Positions 1 to 13,341 of a DNA stretch of 64,000 nucleotides are shown one piece after another; within the stretch, counting starts at the first letter, position 1; every line of letters starts with the position of its first letter. Origin of the DNA: Balanoglossus misakiensis. Lineage: Eukaryota > Animalia > Hemichordata. The stretch covers positions 2,640,760-2,704,759 of the forward strand of contig CM082576.2 of the NCBI GenBank assembly GCA_040954595.2. Reading direction: 5' to 3'. The notes under the pieces were generated by a model. It had not been told where the DNA came from, did not search any database, and saw nothing but the letters and a program-made list of their open reading frames with translations. The translations under genes were made by a program, and so were the position numbers.

Positions 1-22
1 GTTCCTGTACAAAAAGACTTAC

Positions 23-88
23 AAGAACCTCTTCTCTAAGCTGACCCAGAGGAACTGACAGGTTGTTAATGGCTTTGTCCATACCAAC
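23..88 (-). CDS. COG2: COG2 coding exon 3 (gene continues beyond the window start)
   Basis: ttttctag|VGMDKAINNLSVPLGQLREEVL|gtaagt, nearly identical to recalled human VGMDKALNQLSVPLGQLREEVL. Confidence 0.95.
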
Positions 89-304
89 CTAGAAAAGAGA
101 AACAAATTGGAATTTAACGACAATAACGTGGTATTTTTCAGACACGACTGAATTTTGATACCTCAGTTTTATATGAGCAATACAACTTCTCATAATGACC
201 AAAATCACCAGGCTGGTACTGAACTCAGAAGGATAATACCAATTGACCAAATTATAGATCTTGAACTTCACTTTCACAGATACCCACGATAGGAAATGAC
301 ATAC

Positions 305-466
305 CAAATTAGATGAAAGGTTCACAAAGTCGGCATAATCTTTGTTGATCAGCTCTACCATTGCACTTTTCAGAGACTTGAAATAGGTATCCAGGTCCTC
401 CCTCAGTGTTTCCAGTGGAACATGTCGACGACACTCCGCAACAAACTGATCAACATCAAAGTTATC
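305..466 (-). CDS. COG2: COG2 coding exon 2
   Basis: Acceptor ctag|, 162 nt, phase 0: DNFDVDQFVAECRRHVPLETLREDLDTYFKSLKSAMVELINKDYADFVNLSSNL, donor |gtatgt. AMVELINKDYADFVNLS is the COG2 signature. Confidence 0.95.
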
Positions 467-605
467 CTAGGCAGACAGTACATTACAATTAATGTTACAT
501 GGTCATTGACACTGATTACATGAAATCTTCACTTATCTTGTAACACCTAGTAAATGATTAAACATGACCCATGATGATGAGGCCTGTATTCATTCACATG
601 ATCAC

Positions 606-606
<1 letters not shown>

Positions 607-690
<84 letters not shown>
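607..690. repeat. (GAT)28 trinucleotide microsatellite in COG2 intron 1
   Basis: Perfect GAT run read directly from the sequence. Confidence 0.97.
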
Positions 691-693
<3 letters not shown>

Positions 694-876
694 CATGGCC
701 GTGTGCCTCCACACCACACAGAGCTAATGACGATGGTACTGGTACTCATTTATTGTTTGCTGCAATAAGCCCTGATAATTTGCCATTGTACACACCAGTT
801 CAACAAATCAACGCTGTGTGAAAACAGTAGCTGCATACAAACCCCATCGTACAGCATATAAACTTTTCCTACCTAC

Positions 877-954
877 CTCCATGAACACATTTTTGTCAAA
901 GCACAAGGATGTAGGTGCACTACATATTATAAGGCCACTCTTGTCACTTTCCAT
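877..954 (-). CDS. COG2: COG2 (conserved oligomeric Golgi complex subunit 2), coding exon 1
   Basis: ATG at 954 gives MESDKSGLIICSAPTSLCFDKNVFME, then donor GAG|gtaggt. LCFDKNVFM matches the recalled human COG2 N-terminus LCFDKDEFM. Confidence 0.88.
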
Positions 955-1449
955 TATAACAGGTTTCTCTTTTATTATTGGCAAGTTCTGTTATTCACGA
1001 TCTTCCCATCAATACATCCACTCTTCCACGTCAACTCGATATGGAAAATGGCGCTCATATGACCCTTGACCTTTGGTGTTTTGAGATGAGTTCGAGCTTC
1101 GAGCGCCCTCCACGTAAAATTGGCTAAACGATGTACCGCGAAAAGCAAATTCACGCATTTTTCACGACGGATTTTGACACTGATGCATTCTTACACCACA
1201 AACGACCTTGTATTTTTGCACTTAAGGCTAAGCGATACAGTGTAGTGGAGAATCTCTCTTTGGAAGGTCAACACCGTTTCCAAGGCAAGACGGTTCACCT
1301 TTACCACCTTCGGAGAAAGTGGAACATTCTCTGACGACATTCATATGCAAATAAAGGTGCACATAATTAATGATTCATAGGTGAGCCTCAAGTAACCTCC
1401 GGGAGAAGAGGGACGGCAGGATGCCTGAAACTGAAGTTGAAATAGAAAA
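955..1449. promoter_or_regulatory. Bidirectional promoter and 5' UTRs shared by COG2 (-) and SYT14/16 (+)
   Basis: Divergent start codons about 500 bp apart, locally CpG-rich. Motifs: YY1-type AAAATGGCG (1045-1053, and again over the SYT ATG), DR1 nuclear-receptor element TGACCCtTGACCT (1060-1072), octamer ATGCAAAT (1345-1352). Confidence 0.65.
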
Positions 1450-1456
1450 ATGGCGG
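1450..1456 (+). CDS. SYT14: Synaptotagmin-14/16, putative first coding exon (ATG GCG G)
   Basis: aaaaATGGCGG|gtaagt. The phase-1 donor joins in frame to the exon at 8023 (MA-V-PVSAIGF...). Small intervening exons cannot be excluded. Confidence 0.65.
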
Positions 1457-2771
1457 GTAAGTAACATATAAAATATAAATTTTTATATTAGAATAATTAA
1501 TGAAAAATGTGTGCTTTCGTACGTGTTGCCATCAAGGTGATTACTAAACCTCCGATAGATTTTTGTGTACATTGCATTGTACATCTAGAGATGCATGTTC
1601 TGGGACATCACCATAACATACATAGGTGTACGAGAAACCCTCGAAGGCCCATGTTTCTTGTAAGTCAAAACGAAAAATGAGATCAATCTGTTTATCAGTT
1701 CGTCCACGCAGTTAATAAATATATTTGATGAGTTATAAATGCGATGAAACAGAATACATGACCAAAGCATTTGCCTTACACTGGTTGTCAACGCTCTCCT
1801 TTTTTAAGCAGTGGAGGTGAGAGCTATGAAGGTGTTCAATAAGCCCCCTTGATATGTAAATTACGTTTCACTGATATGGTTTAAAGACTCCACTGCTTTT
1901 TAAAACAGTATAACTCGAGTTTTCTAAACTTGGTAAAACATTCTTTATTTAGATCGTTTATGAATTTATAATTTACGACGACAGGCCAAAATGTTGAATG
2001 TCATGATCTGAAAACAAGGATTTCAATTTTCATAGTTTTAGTCTCAGACAAAAATAGCGTTGAATTTCCGTGGAATATCCCAACTATAGGCAGTAGTTGC
2101 GTTTGTTTTTATGTGTACGGTTGGGGAATTAATTAACAATAATAATAATAATACATCAAACCACCAAAAATTATCAGCAAATCTGTCCTACCAAATACCC
2201 TATGATTTGTGGAATGCCAACTTAAATATTTATGCAATATATCACGTCACATTTGGCAAACTGTAATATGTCAATAGCAACAACATGCCAGCAACATTTA
2301 AAATAAACACCGTTTCAAGCTGGTAACAGATTTATATGATTTTTTATTAAAGTTTGCTAGATTCAGTATTATCTTGAAGAATTGCATACTGAACAAGATG
2401 AATGATATATCATATTTCTAAAATAATAGATGCAGTTAAAATATTCCACCAATGTTGACATTGTATCATTTGATATTACATTTATGTAGAGGAGCGACAT
2501 TTAAAAGGCAAATATTTATTGTTTCATACTACAGCTGCTGTTCATTTGATAATTAATTATATAGTCTGACCGGGAGCTAATGAATGGGCTGAGGGGGGTC
2601 ATTCATTTCATAAGGTCAACACATATTATTCATCATTCATCCCTTACTAAACCACAGTGTTTTTAAATTTACTTACAATTTTACAAAACTCACAAAAATT
2701 TTTTTATTTAAAGTGTTCTGGACAACAATTTGCTTTAGAAAGGAAATATCCTTCAAGTGACCATTACTCCT

Positions 2772-2773
<2 letters not shown>

Positions 2774-2811
<38 letters not shown>
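2774..2811. repeat. poly(A)38 tract
   Basis: Homopolymer in SYT intron 1. Confidence 0.9.
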
Positions 2812-2812
<1 letters not shown>

Positions 2813-5800
2813 ACCTGCTAATTACTATTAATGGGTTCTTTAACACATCAGTTTTAAATACTGTGGCTGCATTGACAAGTATGTGCTGCTTCATACTGCC
2901 AACTCTAGTCCGGCTGTGGAATTTGGGTATTCCTATTTATCATTCAGGGACTTAATCAAATTCAGGACTGTCTGAAACAGTTTGATTGCAGTCTAGCTTT
3001 TTTTCTAAGTGTTCTGTGACAACTGCAGCTGAGGTCTGGGACCTGTGAATAATTAAAATGTGTGCTTGCTAAATGGAAATAATTACATTTTAATTGTTTT
3101 AGCCACCCCTACCCTCAAAGGCAAGTTTGGAAGTGTGGAGCTGATAAGAGTGAACTTGCAAATTGCTTAATTATTCTTTTACACATTTCTGCACATACGG
3201 TATACCCCCTCCACAAGAGCTACTGCATTACCAAAAGAGCTATTTTGCATTAATTCATGGAGCAGAATACAGCTCTGGCTCACGAGAATGCACACACATT
3301 AATGCAGGCACTTTTTCTCTGTTGCTGGAATAAAGGTGTGACCAGTTACATCATCACACTTGCCAACAATGGAATGTGCCTGAGCCTATGCATCCACTTT
3401 ACACATTTATACATGATGAAACATGCCAGGAAAATGCAAGTGAAAATGAGTATTTCTACATATGTATATTTACCTGTACATGGATTAGCACACAATATAC
3501 ATCAGTAGTGATGATTAACCATTTACGGTGTTAACCTTTTCTTTATCATTAACTAAATTGAAAATGCTTAAATGGCGTGGATTCACAAAATAAAAAATAA
3601 ATAAAAAGATTTGACTGTATTGTATTGTATTGTATTTGCCAGAAATTCAGGCAAGTAAATGTGCAATATGTGAATATGTTGACTCTGACTAAAAAAATAC
3701 TGCCAACCATTTGAGAACAAGAGTAACTGCCATGCTTATTTAAATTTGCATTAGGAGTATGAATATTTAGAATTATAATAAAAGACATGGGTAAATAGAA
3801 ATTCTTTGAACTGTGCTGTATTGTTCTGGACAATACCAATACATCCGAAACAAAAAGATTGTCTTCTGACACAAAATACACATTGTCAGTCTGACTTAAT
3901 GCACACCATTTGACACAGGAAGTCAGATTATGTGCAGGTAGAAAGCAGGGCTTGCCTCTCTGGGAAAAAAGTGTATCTGATAATTAGCTGTTGACTGCAT
4001 GGATCCATAAGCATAACCATGTCTTCTCCCAATGTGACATATTATCAAAGTGTTAGTGTATGGTCTCAAGTTGATGGTAAGTATATGAATGACTTCTTTA
4101 CCTAAAAGTATGTATTATCAGGTAAAAGCTCTGAGGCTGTTTTGCTTTCGTGACAGTTTCAACAACCAGTAGTTATGATCATTATACACATTTTCATTCT
4201 CAAAATAATCCTTCATAGCGTAAATTATTGAAAACAATGCTAAAAAGTCTTGCTCTTTGGTGGATGTGTACAAAATGTCTTTTATAGACTGAGTTCATGT
4301 CATTTTCATGTAGGATTATTTTCACAGAAGTTATGCATCGGGTATTGTGAATTTGTCTAATCCATCAAATGTGATAGAAATGACCATGTGATATTGACAT
4401 TGCTCAGCTAGGATTCTTCCCACTTGGTGTTTGTGTCAGGTGTGATCAATTGCCAGGGCCATTTTGTGTCAGCTGCTGTCAATTGGTGCAATTCATCAAA
4501 TAATCCATATATAATCAGTTTCAAAATATAGTCTGGTGCACACGCTGCTGGAAATGTTTGTAAATTGTATTGTGTGAACCAGCTGCCAAAACATATCACA
4601 CACCATTTTTGTGATTTATGGCAGGTGCTAAATGTATTTCATGACAATATGACTGTAATTTCCAAAATAGAACTGTCACTACGTGTACCTTGCAATACTA
4701 TGTCAACAGCTTTATTTCACTTTCAATTGCTGTACCAAAAAATTGAGGGCATTTAGAAATGTCTATTTAAAAATTAACTACTTGTTATGAATGATGTTCA
4801 TTTGTGAATGGTGATTAGCATTGTACTGGTATGTGCACCCATGCAACCACCACAGCAGTTTCACAAAAGACAAGTTTTAAGTCGAAACATGCTACTGTGT
4901 GACTGACATGCATCCTTTCTGTATATTTGCATAATCATGTGATTTTGAGGGTTTATACTGGATCCATAAATGAAACAATTGACAAATTTGATGTGTGGGA
5001 GTCATTCAAATTTGCTCCTTAATAAAAAAAAGTTAATTGTGCAGTGGTTGCATATTACAAACATATTACATTATCATCCAATTTTAATATATTTTTCCAT
5101 TAATTTACCATTCAAATTAATAGGTAATTTACATGTAATGGGAAAAGTATTGTGTTACTGCACACTCCTCACTAGTAAAATATAAAAATTAAACTTCAAA
5201 GTTACACAGCTAAATAATATTTGTAATTGTGCATAGTAACAATTTAATATCATAAAATGCTTGATGACATCTGCAACCTTGGTGTTCCACATTTTCACCT
5301 TGACATGTGTACATGTACCTTCTTTCCATTGAAACATTTCACCCTGGTGTACAATTGGTGCATTGTTAGTACCACAGCATCAAGTACACGTAAGCTTCAC
5401 TTGTAATACGTTTCCGAAGTCCATAGACTAAGGTTGAAAAGTCGTAGCGTAGTCATAACATGCGGTATCAGAAATTAGCAGTGTGAATGTTAAAATACTG
5501 GTATCCATAGAAATCTGTTTATACCTCATAATGTGTACTGAAATAAATATGAATATGAGTAGTAGGATTGTCTTTTTATATTCTTTTGTGACAAATGCCT
5601 TTAAAAAAATTGATGGTGCATGCAAAAGGCAACATCATTGTACTGAAACGACCATGATACAGTACTTTCATATGGTGTTTTCTGATCCAAATACCAGCAT
5701 ATTTCAGCGGAAACTACTCACCTGTATAATGAGAAACTGAGCTGACAGTTGTTTGTGTTGTATGTTTATATGGAATATGAGTTGTGTTTGGCTGTGTGTG

Positions 5801-6583
5801 TTTTTCAGTCAATTCACCTTACCTTTTCACAGCAAGCAGTTATACTAATAACTTTATTTATTCTACAGCCATAGTTTGTAAAGGGTGTTTCATAGGATTA
5901 GTAGCAGTAATTTTGGTCGCACGTACATGTGTATGCATATGGAACAATAAAAGAGTATAACCCATGTACATCATTAACATAACATATTCATGAAATATTC
6001 ATTCATATAATTATAATTCATACTTCTTTCCTTTCTAACACAAATCTAAAAATATCACAATTTACAGCGTAAGTACAAAATGCCACCACGGGCAACCTTT
6101 TTATACTGTAGATGTGTTATTCCCAGTGATGTTATAGTAACCATTCAGACTTTCCTATATCACTGATTTATCTGAATATTGCTTTGCTTACATCTGTTAC
6201 CCCATTAGCCAATTAATTTATGCCTGAAATTAAATTTATTCCGGTGAAGATTTCCTCATTTGTCATTTATATATATACCTGACTGTGTGTACCCGATTGA
6301 GCTACCTTGGAATGAAAAATAAGCAGATTTGCAAATTTCAATAAAGGAGTTTATGATGGCAGTGAATATTCGGATATTACAGTGATATATGGTCCTCAGG
6401 TTCTTCCTAGCTTGGATAATTTGATTTTAATGTACCTATCAAATGATCTGTAGTGAATGATTGAGTAATGATTCAGTTGTAATAAAATTTTCTTTGTTGT
6501 TGTTTGCCTCTGAGGCACAATTGACAGTTCACCGCTGAAACAGTGAAAGTGCAATTTATAACTGCTTGATCCCAAAAAATGAA

Positions 6584-6683
6584 TTAACCCATTCACCCTC
6601 TGTACAATGGTTCAGCCTCTGTGCTTTTGCTGCTGATCGAGGTTTTGGACTGATACATTTTGTAATAGGGGTGAAAGGGTTAC
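6584..6683. mobile_element. About 100-bp MITE-like element with piggyBac-type ends
   Basis: Left end TTAA-CCCATTCACCC; right end GGGTGAAAGGG-TTAc. This is an imperfect terminal inverted repeat with CCC/GGG termini and a TTAA-like target site. Confidence 0.5.
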
Positions 6684-8022
6684 ATGCAATGTCGGAATCG
6701 AGCACCAAATTATAGTTTTCGCTGAGGTTTGATTCTGTGTGTGGATGCAGCTGTTGGTTATCATGTATGGTTGTGTGACCGGTAAACTGACAAAGAAACT
6801 GAAGATTGATGGGTACATTTGGCATTTTTGATGTGATATGATTTATAATCATTAACCTCCATAAGTAACCCTAGTAGTGCCGTAATTTCCTATAGACTGT
6901 GGTAACTTTCCATTAACTGAGTTGTGCTGTGTCAGTTCAATCCTTATATGAGTGTCAAGTTGTGGCCCCAGTGAAGTGTTTGGTTTTGTCCTTCTGAGGA
7001 TTTTTTCTTTATTTCATTGTTTTGTATATTTCAATTCAAAAGACAGTAGCTGTAACTCTTGGCTATTTTTGCAGTACTTTTGTGCTATCGAATACCGCTA
7101 TTCTTCACAAAACAAAAGTACTGAAAAAGATAGCTAAAAGTTACAGCTAATGGAGCTTTAACAGTTAACCATTTTATATTTGTAACAATTAACCATTTTA
7201 AACCAATGTGTTGTATCTAACGATTCCCAGCCATGTTGTTCTCATCCCAATAAGTAACTTCAAATTCACTGTGGTTTGTATTAGTATGTACCCTGTAGAT
7301 CATATACACGAATCATTTAGTCACATGAAAGACCAGCTCACTCCAAGATATCACATTATGTTTGTAACATTTTTATTTGTCTCACAAGACTCTTCCTATA
7401 TGTGTAGAAATGCACATACATACATGTACTTGTATATGCTGTCCAAGCTTGAAAGATTTGTTATGTGAGGTGCTGTTCCCCATCTGTCACAACTGTTTAT
7501 GGAGACCACAACGAGCAACAGTGGCTGTGTTTTCAGTACCTTGAGTTTTATCAGACTAAGAACCCATACATACTAGATACCTTGAAATCAGTCCTGCCAG
7601 CAAACAGTTGCTTTTCTTATTCCTTGAAGTGTGGAAGCTGGGAAATTACCAATTCAGTACTTTGAAATCAGAGAAATCGACGTTTCTCCATTGACCAATA
7701 AAAATCTTTCTGACGTTCCCTTCATATATATACAAAGCCATCTGCAAACAGTGTCACATTCTCCGTATACCGCTCGATGTGGCTCAGAACTGGCAATTAA
7801 TAATCGTTGTTTGATGTCTTTACTTCACGAGAAACTGGTTTTGCTGATTAACCTATGAGTGTGCAGTGTAGATGATACACACAAGATTTTAGAATTAGTA
7901 CATGTACTACCCCATGTCCATTATATTGGTCTTTGTCAGTTCCATACAATATATGTCCAAGTAGAGAAATGCTTTCCAGTTCTTTTTTTCTGATTAAACC
8001 TTTTTTTCTGTCACTGTTGCAG

Positions 8023-8172
8023 TTCCTGTTTCAGCCATTGGCTTTCTTGGTGCCATCGGTGGATGCCTGTTGCTTCTAGTCACATTGTTCCTCTACTTAA
8101 ATAGACAGCTGTGTTTCAAGGATGGGTGTCCCTGTGTACCGTCCAAAGACAAGAAGAAAGCCAAAAAATTAG
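8023..8172 (+). CDS. SYT14: SYT14/16 exon encoding the N-terminal transmembrane helix
   Basis: gttgcag|...|gtaagg, phase 1-1: (V)PVSAIGFLGAIGGCLLLLVTLFLYLNRQLCFKDGCPCVPSKDKKKAKKL. Matches recalled SYT14 AVGFLSAVGVFIILMLLLFLYINKKFCF. Confidence 0.9.
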
Positions 8173-8955
8173 GTAAGGCTGTGAAAGGGTGTGTCTTCTA
8201 TTTCAACCTGCCCTGGAAGGATGTCAGGAAACATGCACTGCCCCAGACTGATGAAAGCATAGTTGCCTCAGGACAGCTGTAGGATAATAGATTAAATTAG
8301 CCTTAACGTCACTTTTCATTAAAAGCAGATATTTGACATTAGTGTGGAAATTTCCACGTCTGTATATGTGTGATCTGAAGATATCAACGAATTTACTACT
8401 GTCCACTTAACAGTTCAATTACATCAATTGTCACCTTCTTGCTAAAATTCAGCATTTTTGGCTGTTTGAGCTGCCTGTGTTTTTCTTGTGAATTTATTAA
8501 TTAAACATTTGTGAATGATATTAACCTATAGTCCACAGTACACATTAGAGCCTGCTCTGATCAAAAGCCAATTACAAATCCCATTTATATGTTAATATTT
8601 TAGGTTATTTATGTATACATCTTTTATGCTATATTGAACTCGTGAACTTATTTGTATGCAAAATGGATATGAATATTGGCTGATAGTTATTCATCAGGTT
8701 ATATTTAATTCTTTTTGACAATTTTTCGATCATATTCATGATTTTAATGTCTCATCAAAATTACCAGAATGTCAGTCCAAATTACAAATGAATGGGGCAC
8801 AAATCATGGAGTCTGCTAATGAGGTTAATCATAGTAACATTTGTCAAATTGTAGTCTGTGTATTTTGTGAAAAATTATGATAAGGTCCTGAGGTGTTTTT
8901 TTCAGGTGCATAAATGAAACAGCAGGTTTTGAGATTTCACAATTTGTCATTTTAG

Positions 8956-9114
8956 GCGACTCGTACGGTTACGAAGATGAAGAAACCTCCTCCGATGAAA
9001 GTGACGATGAAATGCTACTTAAGTATCAACAGTCAACTTCAACTGGGGGTCTTCAGCGACAGCCAAGTATACGGAGCGTCAGAAGTAAATCGGCTAAATC
9101 CCCAACAAATGAAG
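8956..9114 (+). CDS. SYT14: SYT14/16 linker exon
   Basis: ttttag|...|gtaaag, phase 1-1: GDSYGYEDEETSSDESDDEMLLKYQQSTSTGGLQRQPSIRSVRSKSAKSPTNE. The acidic SSDESDDE block resembles the SYT14/16 linker. Confidence 0.85.
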
Positions 9115-12100
9115 GTAAAGTACTCTGGTGCTGTCTTTCAGAAGTTGCTGTCATATTTCTTCTCTGGTGGGATCTTTTATCTCCACACACAGGTGATGGT
9201 CCAATGTTTGTCTTCTTACCTGTGTCTGTCAGTGATTCAGAGGAAAAGAAGAAAACTTTTCGTTCTTGGATTTATGCATATTTTTCTTAAATAAAGAAGA
9301 CTTGGTTACAATTTGCATGTGTAGATGTTGTGTGTGGTTTACTGTATATGGTGTTGGATAAAATCAAAATTCTTTTGGGGAAAGAGAATGAGAAGTTGAG
9401 AGAGTTACCAATGTCAGTGTTTTTATGACAGCATGCAGCATGAACTGCCATCATGCTGGCAAATTGATCCAGCAGGACGCCCTAATTATTTGAGGCAGGT
9501 CTGGATGGTGGTGATGATGATCGCCCTCTGGTGGCCATAAATCGAGCATCTTTCCTTTTCACTTTTAAGTCAAACATTTGCTGATCTGCTCTTGTTGCTA
9601 CACTACTATCAGAGAGCAGAACAATAAAGAACAAGCATATACACATATCAAACCAGCTCTACAGCTGATTTTAATCAGACTGAAACATAGCATAAAGACA
9701 TGAAGCAAACATTTCTGTAACAGTTGTTATGGAAACACATGAAACTTATTGCGCAGTTTGCACTTCCAAATACGGTGTCCTTAGTTCTATTTATCGATGA
9801 CCTGATATTGGTATAAAAGCAAATTGTACAACATCTGTCCTCTTCTGTCTGTTGGCAAACAAATACAGTGAAACCGTTGACAAATGTTTAACAAGAAACA
9901 TCATTATTTACTCATGACATATGTTTAAATAAATGGCATAATTATTCTCGGAGACTTAAAGTGATGGATGAGCAACTGAGCTAACACGATTGTTTCGTTT
10001 GACGTGTAAAACATTTTTACATCAATTCTGTGTTATTATCCAAAATTTATGGGAGTTGCTTTGTTGAGAGGTGCTCTCCACTATGCATATCAATACACAG
10101 GTATCAAAATATGCTGATTGGCCAACAGCACATGAACATGTGACAGCAGTCATCACTGAGAGATTTGGAAAATGTGAATCACGCCATAGTATAACATTCA
10201 ATACTTAAGTTTTAAATTTCAAAATCAATGTGTCCAATATTTCATGAAGAGTTTTTTAAGGGATTTACAGGGATTTCAGGATAACCATGGCGATCTACCA
10301 TATGTAATAATTCCAAAGAAATTTGCATAGCTGTAGAAATCACCTTTATAGTCTAAATGTCACAGCTGTCTGTCCATTATTTGTTGTTTGCCAGTATTTT
10401 ATGTTTGATATGTGTTTTCCTCTGTGATAAGGAGATTAAACATTGGAATTCAGAATAGACAAGACAAGCTGTCTCAATGCACAAGATAACCCCATCACCT
10501 CACAAATATTTTAGAAGTAATTGATATTTTAAAGCACCAGTTATAATGGCGATAGGATTTTTTCATCATCATCACCAGAAATATTGTCAGTTTTGCCAAA
10601 ATTTTAATTTCCAAACTTTACAAGACTGGTACAAATATCAAATGTACAAATATCAACTCTCCTTGAACTATGCTGGGTGTGAATGAGCTATCCAACAGGT
10701 GTGCCATTTTCCATGATAAAGTAATCTTTTGTTATCATGCTATTACCCTAAAACCACAAGTCACTTCATCAAGTTACAACTTCACAAAATGTTGCTTAGG
10801 GCTGGGGTGGAGTGGGTGGGTGAAAAATCATCTAATTTTCATTTCTGAAGAGAAGAATTATTAATATGTTCTTTAAATGATAAGAGAGACAATGTTTGTT
10901 TCTCTTCATTTCATCAAAAGTACAGCTTCCGAATTTAAGTTTAGGTTTAATCGTCCGTAAAGTGCCGCAATAACCTCTGATGAACTGGCTTATATCTCAA
11001 CAGTGTGCCCTCTGGTGAGTTTAGCATATCATTAAGTTCACAGATTACAAGATGACATTTGTCTGTGTCTAGTTGTCTGGTGTCATGAGGGCAGTGACCA
11101 GATTACCGGCGAGCAGTTATAGAGTAGGGGCCCCTATCCATTGATTTTTGGAAAACAATAGAAACTCATTAACAAAATAACAACTAGTATTGTTATTCAA
11201 ATTAGTTGCTTTGCTATCAAAAAATCTTGTGGAGAACACTGTATTGTCTGTTTTGGGTATACACAGGAATGACAGTCGCTGACTACTCATCATATCAGAG
11301 TATGTGGTTTACCATCCGCCCTCAGGAGTAGACTAACCTTTTCGCCCCCATGTCCTTTGCACAGGCCCAAGAATATCAGTAAATTTACTACGCAACTCTC
11401 CTTGGTGTCGGTAGGTAAAAGCTGGTTAAGTTTATAGAGATTTCATTGGCTAGTTGTTCTTGGTCATATGGTAATTATCAGGTGGTATGTTTTGTAAATG
11501 GAGGAGAAGCTTTTGTGAAATGTGACAGCCATGCCAAATCACCAATTAGCACTTATTTCTACAATTGATTGAAGTTTTAAATGAAACAAAGCTATATATA
11601 GTACTAGGAACCTGCATGCAGGTACATGTACAGTGAATCAGACGATTGACTCGACTCAAAGTGTCAATGGTTTGCTGGCTTTTGTACTCCCTAGCTAATA
11701 TTGAAAAGTGGCCTTCGGATATAAAAATAAAATAATAAAAACGCCTGAGAACTCAAATCAAAAGCTGTCACAAAACAGTTGGTCGGTGCTAGTCGGTTTC
11801 CAAGTGCAGGTTGGAAAACATTCGTAAAGCAGTGTCTGTCAGGAGGGTGCATTAATCAATATTAGAACTGTTGCTTTCGTGGCATGAGCACAATATGTCT
11901 TGCCAAAAACAACTGATGTGTACACTGCAGGTTAAACATTGACATATAGTGTCACATTTCAAGGTAAATTTCATGCAATATATAAAAAGAGAAATTTGCT
12001 TTTAATTTCATTTTTATTCCATTTAAGTTTCTAAAATACAGTTTCTTATCCTTATGGATGACATGACTGTGGTGAAAATGTCATGGCTCTGTAGAAATTT

Positions 12101-13169
12101 AATGTAGTAAAAAACTGAGAGACAGATTGTAAAATGTTAAATTAAAATGACCTTGTATTTTGATCAATGATATTTTCACGGAAGGCAAACAATTGTACCA
12201 GTTGTAACTGTAGGAAAGGATATTGATTTTGCTTATAGGAACGACAAAGGAAATTTAAGTCTTTAATTCTTCTAAAGAGGATAACGATAAACATTGATTA
12301 TTTTTTCTTTGAAATAGTTACTCTATCTGTAATGTGCACAAACCTTGAATTTAAATTTAAATGGGAATTTCCTTTTTAATACAAAACTGGCCTTTTTGTC
12401 AAAACTTTCATCAGAATATCTGCAAAATTCTGCATATATATTTTTATTGTCCATTTAATTAATTAGTAGGAATAGAAGAAATGGAAATGAAGTCCTTTTT
12501 GGTTAGTTCAGTTCAGAAATCTTTTAAACAGGGTTCTCTTTGTGCAAAACAATAGAAAAGGATTTGATTCTGTATTGAGTGACTCAGAATATCCTGTTTT
12601 CAATCTTGAACGAAGTGTTAAAAAATTAATGTGATGAGAAACCCTTGAACTTATGGTCACCGATTACCTTTTAATAATGGAGTTGTGAGGTCATTTAAAA
12701 ATATCCAAAACAAGAGATATGCTGATGTGGCCAAATTTTATAATGGCATTTAAGTGAGTAATAATGGTTTAATATTAATGGTTAAAATATTTGCATAATT
12801 CAAACATAAACTGAGCCAACCAGAGGTCACACAGGGAAGGTAATAAATTTTGAAACCAGATGATACTCTGGTGGGCTGTGTTACCATGGCAATATATTTG
12901 TGTTAGCCAGATATATAACTTATAATTTTGGCAAAGGTTTCTGTGAACTTTTGAGGTGAAAATTAAACAAAGATTTTTTTTAAAAAGTGTAATGCAACAC
13001 TTCCAGACCATTGTCATGCAAATAACCCTTACAGCAGTGAGTATGAGGGCGAGGGTATCATTATCATAATCATGGGCTGTTCCCGTTCGGAGACACAGCG
13101 TGTTACACATTGCGGGTAGAGGCTGTATTTAGAAACATTGCCCATTTGTCAACGCGCGACGAACATGCC

Positions 13170-13341
13170 ATGTTGATGCTTCTGCGCTGTTGCTTTTGGC
13201 AACAGGACAGGAAGATACCTCGAGCTCGGAGCGGCCACGATGTCGTGGACGGACAAGACAGTGACTCTGAAACGTCGGAGCATTTGGATAAGAACTCTGT
13301 CATTAGTGATAAACCGTCAGAACATATCAATGCAAAGACAC
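13170..13341 (+). CDS. SYT14: SYT14/16 candidate alternative first coding exon (TM-less isoform)
   Basis: gccATG starts MLMLLRCCFWQQDRKIPRARSGHDVVDGQDSDSETSEHLDKNSVISDKPSEHINAKT, then a strong phase-1 donor C|gtgagt compatible with the exon at 18927. Local CpG enrichment. Confidence 0.5.

Noticed and set aside
571-768. Poly-Asp ORF on the + strand
   Set aside because: It is the translation of the (GAT)28 microsatellite inside a COG2 intron.
10980-11014. Possible SYT alternative first exon MNWLISQQCAL|gtgagt
   Set aside because: Short, no homology or promoter support, and the apparent donor overlaps a CTCF-like motif.
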